From: Chitinophagaceae bacterium
GTDB lineage: Bacteria > Bacteroidota > Bacteroidia > Chitinophagales > Chitinophagaceae
Reading direction: 5' to 3'
Length of the DNA: 49,871 nt
NCBI GenBank assembly: GCA_044372235.1
Contig: JBILSG010000001.1
Location: 1-49,871 of the forward strand
Shown here: positions 1-9,505 of the stretch, piece after piece
Numbering within the stretch: the first letter of the stretch is position 1
Layout of the letters: each line of letters begins with the position of its first letter
Program-made: the position numbers and the translations under genes
The notes under the pieces: generated by a model
Databases searched by the model: none
What the model saw: only the letters and a program-made list of their open reading frames with translations
Told to the model about the DNA's origin: nothing

Positions 1-920
1 TAGGTGTAGCTTGGGCGGATAAAGGCGACTATGAGCAAGCATTGGCGTTTTATCAAAAAGGTCTTGATATCAATTTAAAAACAAAAGGATCGGTACACCC
101 TTCAATAGCAGCTGCTTATAACAACAGTGCAAGTGCTTTGGAAAGTAAAGGCGACTACGATCAAGCATTGGAGTTTAGTCTAAAATGTCTTGACATTGCT
201 TTGAAAACATATGGTCCCGAACATCCTAATGTAGCGCTTGCGTATAAGGGTATTGGTGTAATATCTAGAAAAATAGGAGATAACGATAAAGCCCTAAATT
301 TTTTTCATAAAGGTCTAGAAATTGAATTAAAAGCACTTGGATCTGATCACCCTTCAGTGGGAATATCCTATAACAACATAGGTTCCGCTTGGGATAATAA
401 AGGCAATTATGATCAGGCATTGGCGTTTTATCAAAAAGGTCTTGATATTCATTTAAAAATATTCGGATCTGAACACCCCTCTGTGGCAACTTCCTATAAC
501 AACATAGGTTCTGCTTGGGATAATAAAGGCAATTATGATCAAGCATTGGATTTCTATCAAAAAGCTCTGAATATCCGATTAAAAACATTTGACGCTAAAC
601 ACCCTGATTTTGCTACAACATATTTTGAAATTGGTACTGCATACAAAAACTTATTAAAACTTAACCTTGCAATAGAGTCATATGAAATAGGGTTTAGTAT
701 TGTCAAATTAGGAGGTTTCCCTTTCAACATAGCAGAATGTTATAAAGCACTTGGCAACAAAGTTGAAGCTATGTCATTTTATATTGAATCAGCAGTTATC
801 AGAAAAAACCATCCCGATATGGGTCTTGAAGATGAATCCACTCAAACTTCCATTCAAAAGGCCAAACAGTTGGCAATGGAATTGGGTAAATTGGAAGAAC
901 TCCCGGATTGGATGACTTAA
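1..920 (+). CDS. TPR-repeat protein, 5'-truncated by the window edge; probably the C-terminus of a STAND-TPR protein
   Basis: The frame is open from position 3 (GVAWADKGDYEQALAFY), so the TTG at 42 is not the true start. It has 42-aa kinesin-light-chain-type TPRs (HPSVATSYNNIG...KGNYDQALxFYQKxL). The C-terminal cap closely matches that of 9506-13543. Confidence 0.85.
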   Translation, partial: GVAWADKGDYEQALAFYQKGLDINLKTKGSVHPSIAAAYNNSASALESKGDYDQALEFSLKCLDIALKTYGPEHPNVALAYKGIGVISRKIGDNDKALNFFHKGLEIELKALGSDHPSVGISYNNIGSAWDNKGNYDQALAFYQKGLDIHLKIFGSEHPSVATSYNNIGSAWDNKGNYDQALDFYQKALNIRLKTFDAKHPDFATTYFEIGTAYKNLLKLNLAIESYEIGFSIVKLGGFPFNIAECYKALGNKVEAMSFYIESAVIRKNHPDMGLEDESTQTSIQKAKQLAMELGKLEELPDWMT

Positions 921-1008
921 CTTTTGTTGTCAACCATACCATTGATACCCATCCACCCAAATTTCCGTACATTCCCATCCCGAAATTCACCCCATCAAAC
1001 CTGCACCC

Positions 1009-4000
1009 ATGTCGCACCTGCATCTAACTGAACTCCACCGGTTGTACCAATTAGAAACCCAACCCTTCCGGAAGGTTCACCGGATGATTGATTTGTTTGA
1101 ATCGCTGATCAAGACGCATACGGTTGTCATCATTGCGGAATATGTAAAACAAAACAAACTCTCCGATGCCGCCAAGGGCATGCTGGCACAGGGTTTGAGG
1201 ACACCGTCACTGGGTACCTGGCAGCTCTTCAGCAGGATCCTGTCGGAAGAATTGAATGCAGATGGCTATGCATGGACCTTCCCTGGTTTTGCTGAAGCCT
1301 TTGCAGCGCTCGACAAAGCCCTCAATACCACTAAGACCAATGTGATTGCGATCCGCAATGGTTATGCCCATGGGGCCACGCCTTTGGATGCACAGTGCGA
1401 ATCAGACATACATCAGTTTGAACCTTTTATGCTCCAACTGCTGCAAAGCCAGTGGCTGGCGGATACATCACTGGAGTATCGCGACGAAAAGGTTTGGATG
1501 GCATCTGCTTCAGGGGCACTCTGTCTTCATCCCATTTTCCTCTACAAGGAAGAGGGCGGATCATCACCCTATGCCTTTTTCAACGACCTCAAAAACGATA
1601 AGGTCGGATTGCTGAACTATCCCTTAAGCAAGCACTACCGGGAAAAGGATTTCTACCGGGAGTTCCATGAATACCTCCCTTTGCAAGAATGGAAGAAGAC
1701 AGGCAACAATGAATTCCAGCAACGCATTGAGGAGCTGACAGAAACCTTCAAAGGGCGTATCGGGGAAAGGAAGCAGCTGCTGGATTTTGTACGCAACAAC
1801 AGCAAAGGGTACATGAGCATCCAGGGCAATCCGGGTATCGGAAAGTCGGCCCTGATTGCCCAGTTCTTCAAAGACCTGAACGCACACCAGGCAACCCATC
1901 ATTTACAGGTGGTGGAGTACTTCATCCGCCGGGGTACGGCACAGGCACAGGTGGAATACCTCTTCAACCACCTCATCCGGCGCACGGATGAATTGTTTGC
2001 CCAAGGCAGGGAGATCAGGGCGGAAGGCAAGACGGTTTGGGACCTGCAACAACAGCTGTTCTCCAAATGGAGGTTGTGGAACACCCATTGCGAGGGCAGG
2101 AAGTTGTTGTTTCTGATTGATGGCTTGGACGAGGGTGTGGAGAACAATGTGGTGACCTACATGCCCAGAGAGAATTTTGAAAACATCCTGATCATATATG
2201 GATCAAGGCCTGGTGGACATAAAAGCATTGATGAGTTATGGTCGCAGTTGCCCGTAGCGCATCATACAAAACTGGAATTGTCCGGACTTGGAAAAGCAGA
2301 CATACGCGCGCTGATCTATGAAGTGGCCAACAAATACGAGATCGAACGTGAGAGTGCTTGGATTGATGCTGTGCAGCAACGGTCTCAAGGTAATCCGCTG
2401 TATTTGAAATTGCTATGTGATGCGATGGAGAACGGCAGCATTGCCTTAAATGATATTCATGCATTGCCAACAAAAATTGATGACTATTACAAAGCCATTC
2501 TCAACCGCTATGCCCATGATGCTGATGGTGATGCCTTGTTGGCTGGACTGTTTGCCTTTGCAGCTGCCCGCGACTACCTCACCATGAACCACTTGGGGCT
2601 CATAAACGGAATCGGTGATGCCACGGTGCAGCGGATCGGCAGCACGTTGAAGGAGGTGTTGTATGAGAATCCGATGACGGAAGATGTATTGGATTACCAG
2701 CTCTTCCATGAGAGCTTCAGGGAATATTTGATGAAGGAGAAGGGCAGTAGGGTGTCTGAAGCCGCCGAGCGCATAATCGATTTCTGTGCCGGTTGGAGAG
2801 CCCTGGAAGGTACCTGGGAGCAACGGTATGCATTGGAGCATTATGCTTTCCACCTCAGCGAAAGCAAGAAGGAAGTCCGGGCCGAAACCCTCCTTCAACT
2901 CATTTATGACCATGGCTATACAGCGGCTCAGAAAAAGGTATTGCAGGGATTTGATGCCAGCAATGCCATGTACCGCCTTGCGTTGAAAAAATCCTGTGAG
3001 TTGAAGCGCGATGATGAAGTGCTGGAATCGGCATTGAGTCTTGTTGATTTGAAATACGAGGAAGCCAATGATGCAACGCAGATTGTGGGGATGGTAGCCA
3101 ACGGTGAAATCGATCTGGCCTTGAGGCGTATCGAAAGCTTTGGCGGAGGAGACGAGGAAGGTTTAAAAAGAAAGTTCATCCTTTATATGCTCTGCCTGAT
3201 GGAGCTCACCATCCTCGACAGCAAAGACAAACCCTTTAGGAAATCATCCATTGAAAAATTGCTGAACCATTTGGATGAAGAGCTGCCAACTGACCATAGC
3301 ATACTGAATTGGGATGATTTCTTCCCCAGCTATCTCATATTTCAGATGGTATGTGAATGGGCGGAGATGGGATTAGATTATTTAAGGGTGTACATACGAA
3401 CAAATGAATGGGATACAAGTTGGATTCCATTGCAAGAAAAATATGATGATTTGCAGTTTAGTATTTTGATTTCATCATTTAGCCATATAGAATCAAATGA
3501 ACATAAATTTGATTTTTATCTTAAAATTATAGACCAGTATATTAAAATTAAACATGAAAAGAAATATTTGGAATTAGTATATGAATTAATTGATGAACTT
3601 GATAAAGTTGAAGATAAAAATTTACAATGTGGAATATTAATAAGAGTTGCAAATAAATTAAATGATTTGGGAGATGAATTTGATATAAATTCTATTTTGA
3701 ATAAAGCCTTAAACAGTGCAGAATTTATTGAATCCTATTATACAAAGGCTTACAGACTAGTTCAAATTTATTCTTTATTTAGAAAAATAGATTTAGGACA
3801 TAAATTTTCTTATCTTATTAATGAAGCGATTGATTTATCTAAATTAGGCTCAACTGGTTATAGTAGAAATCATATTTTAATGATGATTTCAACGGAATAT
3901 CACAATCAGGATTTATTTGAAGTTGCAGATAATATATTTAATGAGGTTTTATTTGAAGCGCGTTTAATTAAAGATGAATTTTATAGAACCACAGCATTTT

Positions 4001-6123
4001 TGTATATCTGTGAAGAATTAAATAATCAAAAAAGATATGATTTATCAGATTCTTTAATTCGAGAAATCACATCATTTGTAAATGAAATTTCCGAACATAA
4101 TGATTATCTTAAATCTGCCCTACATTCTAAAATTTCGATTGCAGTTGCAAAAAGCGGAAAATTTGTTGATGCTAAAAAATTAATTGATCAAATATCTGAT
4201 GAGTCATATAAAGTTGAAGCTTTGAGTGCTTTAATATTAGAAAGTTCAAAATCAGGAATTTTCTATGATTTAGATATACTATTGAATCATTTTAATGAAG
4301 AAAATTGTAAAGTAACTATTACTTCATTATTAATTTCTGAATTTGCTAAATATGACAAAACAAAAGAAGCAATAGGTTTATTTGATAGAGTCAAAGAGAA
4401 AACCCCTAAATATGAGATTTTAGTTAATCTTGCTAAGACGCTGTCAATTAAAAAAAATAATTATTTATTAAGACAACTTTTATTTGACTATTTGAAACTT
4501 GAAAAAATTATACTTTGTCAGAGTAGTCAGTTTATGCTTTTATACCAGATTGTTAAAGAAAAAAATTTAAAGGAAAATATATTTCTTACTCAAGATTTGC
4601 TAAATGAGATTACAGATATAGAACTAAGAAATACTTATTTGTCTGAATTTGCTGATTATCTTCAAAAAACAGGAAAAATTAATGAATCTATAAACTTGTC
4701 AAGTTATATATCTGATTCATATGATAAATATAAATCAGTTAGTAATGCATATAAGAATTTAATTCATGACTTAGAATATCCAATAATTTCTGAAATCACA
4801 AATTCTCTTTTTTCTGACTATTATAAGTCAGCTATTTTTTGTGATTTAGCATTAGAAATTTTAAAAAATAACTCTCCCAGAGAAGTGAACATTTTTATAG
4901 AATATGCTATTAATTTTTGTCGAAATGTTAGTGAACCTTCACTATTAGAAGGATTGTATAGCGAAATATCTAAAATTTACTTTGAGATTGGGGATTTAAA
5001 AAATGCTGCCATTTATCTTGAAAATGCTTTTAATTCATCTGTCAAAATAGATGATGAGTCGACCAAATTATTGGTTTTATTAAAACTGGCAAAACAACAG
5101 TTCAGTCAAAATAATTTACATGATTGTAAACTAACATTCAAAATTGTTTCTAATTCTTTTGAAAGTTTAGGATTTACAAGACTATACTTTCTTTTAGCAG
5201 ATGAGTTAATAGAATTGCAGAAAAAGGCATCATATGGAATTTATAAAGATGATGATCAGTGTAAATTTGATTTACTTCATAAGAGGACAATTGAATCTTT
5301 ATTTGATTTCGATAAGTTGAATGATATGAGGGACATCATTTTTGATGATTTTGCAACTAGGTTGGCCAATAATGAAATCCCATCAAAAGCAATTGAATTT
5401 GTTAGTAAAATAATTGATATAAATAGGCGGAGTAATGCAATAAAAAATATATGTTTTATTCTTTGCAAGAAAGAAAATCTAAACTTTTCATTTATTAATG
5501 ATATAATTAATTTAAATTTTCTTGAAAATGACAAAAACTCTGTATATTCTTCAATTTACATAAGTTTCATAAAAAATAATATTTTGGATAAGGCGGAAGA
5601 AATTTTCAGAAAAATTAATCTTCTTAAATATCGCCAAACTACCTTATTCGAATTGGCCAAAGAAATCATAAAACTACAAGGAAATGAAATCGGTTTAAAT
5701 TTTCACTTGAATTTTAAAGCGGAAGATTTGAAGTATTTTTATCTCAGAGGTTGGTCAGAATCGATAAATATTACAGATATCAGTAATAATTTAAGTAGAC
5801 AGGCATTAGCTGAATTGGTATTTGATTCAACTGGTTTGGAACATTTTTTACTGGTTTATGCACATCACGAACTCTTCTTCAGCAATCCATCCCAAGAAAA
5901 AATAAATCGCCTCAACAAAACACTCAACATCCAATGGGCCATCGACATCCGGTCCAAGTTTCTCAAGGAAGAAAGCAGCAGGAATTCGGGAAATGTGGAA
6001 GATTGGATTCATGCAATAGAAGATGAAGACGACCGCGACCAAGTTCTTCTTTGGGCCAAGCAGGTGGCAAAGGGGAAAATCACAGATGCTGAATTTGGCG
6101 AAAAGATCAAAGCTTTCATCTGA
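1009..6123 (+). CDS. NACHT/STAND NTPase with N-terminal HEPN-like domain and C-terminal helical repeats (NLR-like)
   Basis: 1704 aa. Walker A GNPGIGKS (~1825-1848), Walker B LLFLIDGLDE, STAND GxP motif GNPLYL and winged-helix-type FHESFREYL. N-terminal PSLGTW and IRNGYAHG (R-x4-H, ~1354-1371). Long alpha-helical C-terminal region. Confidence 0.85.
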   Translation: MSHLHLTELHRLYQLETQPFRKVHRMIDLFESLIKTHTVVIIAEYVKQNKLSDAAKGMLAQGLRTPSLGTWQLFSRILSEELNADGYAWTFPGFAEAFAALDKALNTTKTNVIAIRNGYAHGATPLDAQCESDIHQFEPFMLQLLQSQWLADTSLEYRDEKVWMASASGALCLHPIFLYKEEGGSSPYAFFNDLKNDKVGLLNYPLSKHYREKDFYREFHEYLPLQEWKKTGNNEFQQRIEELTETFKGRIGERKQLLDFVRNNSKGYMSIQGNPGIGKSALIAQFFKDLNAHQATHHLQVVEYFIRRGTAQAQVEYLFNHLIRRTDELFAQGREIRAEGKTVWDLQQQLFSKWRLWNTHCEGRKLLFLIDGLDEGVENNVVTYMPRENFENILIIYGSRPGGHKSIDELWSQLPVAHHTKLELSGLGKADIRALIYEVANKYEIERESAWIDAVQQRSQGNPLYLKLLCDAMENGSIALNDIHALPTKIDDYYKAILNRYAHDADGDALLAGLFAFAAARDYLTMNHLGLINGIGDATVQRIGSTLKEVLYENPMTEDVLDYQLFHESFREYLMKEKGSRVSEAAERIIDFCAGWRALEGTWEQRYALEHYAFHLSESKKEVRAETLLQLIYDHGYTAAQKKVLQGFDASNAMYRLALKKSCELKRDDEVLESALSLVDLKYEEANDATQIVGMVANGEIDLALRRIESFGGGDEEGLKRKFILYMLCLMELTILDSKDKPFRKSSIEKLLNHLDEELPTDHSILNWDDFFPSYLIFQMVCEWAEMGLDYLRVYIRTNEWDTSWIPLQEKYDDLQFSILISSFSHIESNEHKFDFYLKIIDQYIKIKHEKKYLELVYELIDELDKVEDKNLQCGILIRVANKLNDLGDEFDINSILNKALNSAEFIESYYTKAYRLVQIYSLFRKIDLGHKFSYLINEAIDLSKLGSTGYSRNHILMMISTEYHNQDLFEVADNIFNEVLFEARLIKDEFYRTTAFLYICEELNNQKRYDLSDSLIREITSFVNEISEHNDYLKSALHSKISIAVAKSGKFVDAKKLIDQISDESYKVEALSALILESSKSGIFYDLDILLNHFNEENCKVTITSLLISEFAKYDKTKEAIGLFDRVKEKTPKYEILVNLAKTLSIKKNNYLLRQLLFDYLKLEKIILCQSSQFMLLYQIVKEKNLKENIFLTQDLLNEITDIELRNTYLSEFADYLQKTGKINESINLSSYISDSYDKYKSVSNAYKNLIHDLEYPIISEITNSLFSDYYKSAIFCDLALEILKNNSPREVNIFIEYAINFCRNVSEPSLLEGLYSEISKIYFEIGDLKNAAIYLENAFNSSVKIDDESTKLLVLLKLAKQQFSQNNLHDCKLTFKIVSNSFESLGFTRLYFLLADELIELQKKASYGIYKDDDQCKFDLLHKRTIESLFDFDKLNDMRDIIFDDFATRLANNEIPSKAIEFVSKIIDINRRSNAIKNICFILCKKENLNFSFINDIINLNFLENDKNSVYSSIYISFIKNNILDKAEEIFRKINLLKYRQTTLFELAKEIIKLQGNEIGLNFHLNFKAEDLKYFYLRGWSESINITDISNNLSRQALAELVFDSTGLEHFLLVYAHHELFFSNPSQEKINRLNKTLNIQWAIDIRSKFLKEESSRNSGNVEDWIHAIEDEDDRDQVLLWAKQVAKGKITDAEFGEKIKAFI

Positions 6124-6125
6124 TC

Positions 6126-9100
6126 ATGACGCCAACCTCTTCCATTCAAACCGATCCGACTTACCTCCGCTATATTGTTGACGGATTGGAAAACCAATCC
6201 CTTCATAGGGATGGCATTGCATCCTTGCCGGATGGACTGATCGGCATTTATGAAGAGGCCATTCCCAATGACCGGCATCTTGGCATCAGGGAAAAGTTCT
6301 TGGATTTCTTTGCCATCTGGGCCTTGCTGAAAAAGGAGGTGAGTGTGTCGTTTATTGTGCCCCTGCTCTATTGGGAATCCCAGGTGGCTATGGACTTCCT
6401 TTCCTTGCACACCAAGTGGTTCAACAGTCCCAGCTCAGGCAAGTATCTATTGTACCACGACCGCCTGAGGGTCTACCTGCTGGAGAGAATCCAATCCCAC
6501 AAACTCGACAAGACCAACCGGAAAATCATTGCAGCATGCCAATCGGCATTGCAACAACCCTTCGGAGATGAATGGGAGCAATACGCATTGGAACATTTGC
6601 CTTCGCATTTGCTCATACCTGCCATGCAACATGAGGCGGATGGCGCAGCATTCAAGCAACTTGTAAATGATACAGCCTTCTGGAACCGCCAGTTGGAAGT
6701 CAGCAAGAGTTATGATTGGACGAAGAAGATGCTCAATGAGTCGATGACATGGGCCGCAAAACAAAATACCGATGAGTTGATAGGCTTTGCCCTCAATAAG
6801 GTTGATTTGCATTACATGGAGCAGAACGATGCACCACGCATAGTCGAGCTTGTTGCACAGAATGATCTGGATACAGCCCTTCAACGCATTGAAGCCTTTG
6901 GCGGAAATGACAAGGAAGGACTCCAACGAAAATTCACACTCTATATGCTTTGCCTGATGGAGCTTACCCTCCTCGACAGCAAAGAAAAACCCTTCCGCAG
7001 ATCAGCAATAGAGCGTTTGCTGAATCATTTGGATGAAAAACTGCCAATTGACCATAGTATACTCAATTGGAATGATTTCTTCCCGAGTTATCTGATGTTT
7101 CAGCTGGCATGTGATTGGGAGGAGATGGGGTTGGATTACTTGCGGTTATATCAAAGAGCAGATAGTTGGGCTGCTGATTGGATACCAGAGAAAGGTCCCT
7201 ATTCGAACTCACAGTTTGATATAATGCTTACTGTTTGCAGAGAAATAGTTGATCAGTATCCCCGTTGCGTTGTTATGTCTGCAATACATGCTAGAATGTT
7301 GAGGCAGGGTATGGCACAATCAAGCAGTGTTTTGGAAGAAATTCTGGAATTGGTCCGAAGCATCCATGGTTCAGCTAGGGTAAAAATCTTGTGTAATATT
7401 GCTGATCAGCTGAATGAAATCGGTACTATTCAATTTGCTCAAACATTGATATTGGAAGCAATTGAATGGGCAAACGGAATCGATTCCAAGATGCGTAAGA
7501 GTCATGTTTTTTCTGATATAGCCATTGCATTTGCTCGCCAGGGCAATATGGAAAAAGCAATTGAGTGCACAACCGCAATGAATGTTATCGATAAATGCCG
7601 AACTCTTCCGGTTATTTCGACCGAAATGATCAAGCGTGGCAAGGAACACGAAGCATCTTTATTGCTGGCGGAAGCGCTTTCATCTGCAAATAACATAACA
7701 GATGCCCTTGAAAAGGGAAATATTTTGATTTCGATTTTATCCGAAGTTGCTAAACAAGGAAATGTACCATTGGCTAATTCCATTGTTGAAGAGGCTTTGA
7801 CTTTTGCACAGGGAATTGAAGAAGCATCTGACAGGCATAATCTTTTAATGGAAATTTCGATTCAACTGACCGAGCAAGGAAAACTGGATCAAACGCTCAA
7901 TGTGTTGCAAAATGTATCAGATGTAAGAATGAAGTGTTTCGGCTTTCGGGAAATTTCTGTTGTTCTGGATCAACAGCGAAATCATGATGAAGCAAGTAAT
8001 TTATTGCAAGAGGCTCTTGAATTCGCGCAGCTAATCAGTTCATATACATTGAGGTTTTTTGCTCTTGGATCAATTGCCAATAGGCTTGTTCATCAAGGTA
8101 AAGTAGAAGCAGCCGCAAGAGTGCTATTGGATACCTTGCCACTTCCAAGAGGTATTACAGAAGACTGGCAAAAAGCGTACACCCAAAAGTGTATCTCTTT
8201 TGCTTTAGCCAAAAAGGATAAACTGTCAGCGGCACTTGAATGTTCCGGAAGCATTGCACATGAATCGTGGAAGAGTAATGCCCAGGCGGATTTGGCTTTA
8301 GAATTGGCTAAACGCGGGAAATATTTGGAAGCTAATGAGTCTGTAAAAAGTATTCCATATGGTAGGCAAAAGAGGAATGCATTGGCGCTAGTGGCAATAG
8401 AAATGGCCAAGCAAGGGATGATTGAAGATGCTGTGATTTCTGCATATGATATTGAAGACGACCAAAATAAAGGAATGGCCCTTTGTGAAATTTCCATTGA
8501 AATGGCAAAAAAGGGCAATTTTGAAAAAGCATTGGTGAGTGCCCGGGATATAGCCGATACTGAGTATCGGATAAAATCCTTCATTGGGATTTCCTTGAAT
8601 TTATTCAAAGAGCAGCAGGTGTCAGCATCCCTGTCACTCACAAATGAAGCCTTAGCGACGCTTCGAAGCATTGAGGATGTTTATATAAGAAGCAGATTGC
8701 TTTGTGAGATGTTGCCCGATTTGCTTCATCTCGGTATGGCGCCCGAAGTGAAAATCCTGATTCAAGATTTACTAACCTTCGCGGAACCCATCAATGATGA
8801 AGAGGAAAAGTCGAGAGCACTTTTTATGATAGCCACTACGTTGGCTAAAATCGGACAGCCTGAAAAATCAAGATTAGTCAAGGAAGATGCCCTATTTGCT
8901 GTTCATGGTATCTCTGATATCTGGACCAAGTGTAGTCTGCTACATAAAGTTGCCATCGATCTTGTTAATCAAGTTAATTGGAATATAGCTGAACAAGTTG
9001 TGATGGAGATACCCTTGATTGCAGAACGACAAGAAACGTGGAAGAAAATAGCTGAAGTCGTAAAATCCCAAAGCAATTTCCAATTGGCATTGGATCATTG

Positions 9101-9362
9101 GAAAACGCTGGTAGATAAGGAATCCGCCTTATTTTACGTAAAGGGTTTGGCAGAAGCGATTGACGTGAATGATGTAACAACTGATATGGTTTATGGGCTT
9201 TTGTTTCATTTGGTCGAAAATTCAATCAACATTGAAAATCTTCTCCAAGCTTATGCCCAATATGAACTCTTTTTTGGAAACCCATCCCCAGAAAAAATCA
9301 ACAGGCTCAATAAAACCCTTAATCTCCAATGGGTTATGGATATCCATGCAAAAATTGCTTAG
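6126..9362 (+). CDS. NTPase-less paralog of the upstream STAND protein (post-P-loop helical/winged-helix region plus helical repeats)
   Basis: 1078 aa, starting 2 nt after the upstream stop. PTYLRYIVDGLEN..LPDGLIGIY aligns with PLYLKLLCDAMEN..LPTKIDDYY of 1009-6123. It shares a highly similar ~120-aa block and the C-terminal EKINRLNKTLNxQW motif. No Walker A or B motif. Confidence 0.8.
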   Translation: MTPTSSIQTDPTYLRYIVDGLENQSLHRDGIASLPDGLIGIYEEAIPNDRHLGIREKFLDFFAIWALLKKEVSVSFIVPLLYWESQVAMDFLSLHTKWFNSPSSGKYLLYHDRLRVYLLERIQSHKLDKTNRKIIAACQSALQQPFGDEWEQYALEHLPSHLLIPAMQHEADGAAFKQLVNDTAFWNRQLEVSKSYDWTKKMLNESMTWAAKQNTDELIGFALNKVDLHYMEQNDAPRIVELVAQNDLDTALQRIEAFGGNDKEGLQRKFTLYMLCLMELTLLDSKEKPFRRSAIERLLNHLDEKLPIDHSILNWNDFFPSYLMFQLACDWEEMGLDYLRLYQRADSWAADWIPEKGPYSNSQFDIMLTVCREIVDQYPRCVVMSAIHARMLRQGMAQSSSVLEEILELVRSIHGSARVKILCNIADQLNEIGTIQFAQTLILEAIEWANGIDSKMRKSHVFSDIAIAFARQGNMEKAIECTTAMNVIDKCRTLPVISTEMIKRGKEHEASLLLAEALSSANNITDALEKGNILISILSEVAKQGNVPLANSIVEEALTFAQGIEEASDRHNLLMEISIQLTEQGKLDQTLNVLQNVSDVRMKCFGFREISVVLDQQRNHDEASNLLQEALEFAQLISSYTLRFFALGSIANRLVHQGKVEAAARVLLDTLPLPRGITEDWQKAYTQKCISFALAKKDKLSAALECSGSIAHESWKSNAQADLALELAKRGKYLEANESVKSIPYGRQKRNALALVAIEMAKQGMIEDAVISAYDIEDDQNKGMALCEISIEMAKKGNFEKALVSARDIADTEYRIKSFIGISLNLFKEQQVSASLSLTNEALATLRSIEDVYIRSRLLCEMLPDLLHLGMAPEVKILIQDLLTFAEPINDEEEKSRALFMIATTLAKIGQPEKSRLVKEDALFAVHGISDIWTKCSLLHKVAIDLVNQVNWNIAEQVVMEIPLIAERQETWKKIAEVVKSQSNFQLALDHWKTLVDKESALFYVKGLAEAIDVNDVTTDMVYGLLFHLVENSINIENLLQAYAQYELFFGNPSPEKINRLNKTLNLQWVMDIHAKIA

Positions 9363-9399
9363 GATTCTATGAGATAATAATGGAGTTAATAAGTAGATA

Positions 9400-9479
9400 A
9401 TTTCACTTGTGAAATCCCTATTGAATAAGCACGTGAGCTTCCCAATGCCAAGTAAAAAAGAACAGGATATTTTTCCATT
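9400..9479 (+). pseudogene. Degenerate ~80-bp copy of an internal segment of the 13831-14961 gene
   Basis: Hand alignment to 14572-14652 gives about 69/81 identical positions, with one 1-nt gap and a TAT->TAA change. Same orientation. Confidence 0.75.
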
Positions 9480-9505
9480 AAAAATTCAGTAAGTTATGTG
9501 ATGGT

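Noticed and set aside
6100-6140. Frameshift or readthrough joining 1009-6123 and 6126-9362 into one gene
   Set aside because: The second ORF repeats regions already present in the first (a paralog, not a continuation), it has its own ATG, and no slippery sequence is evident.
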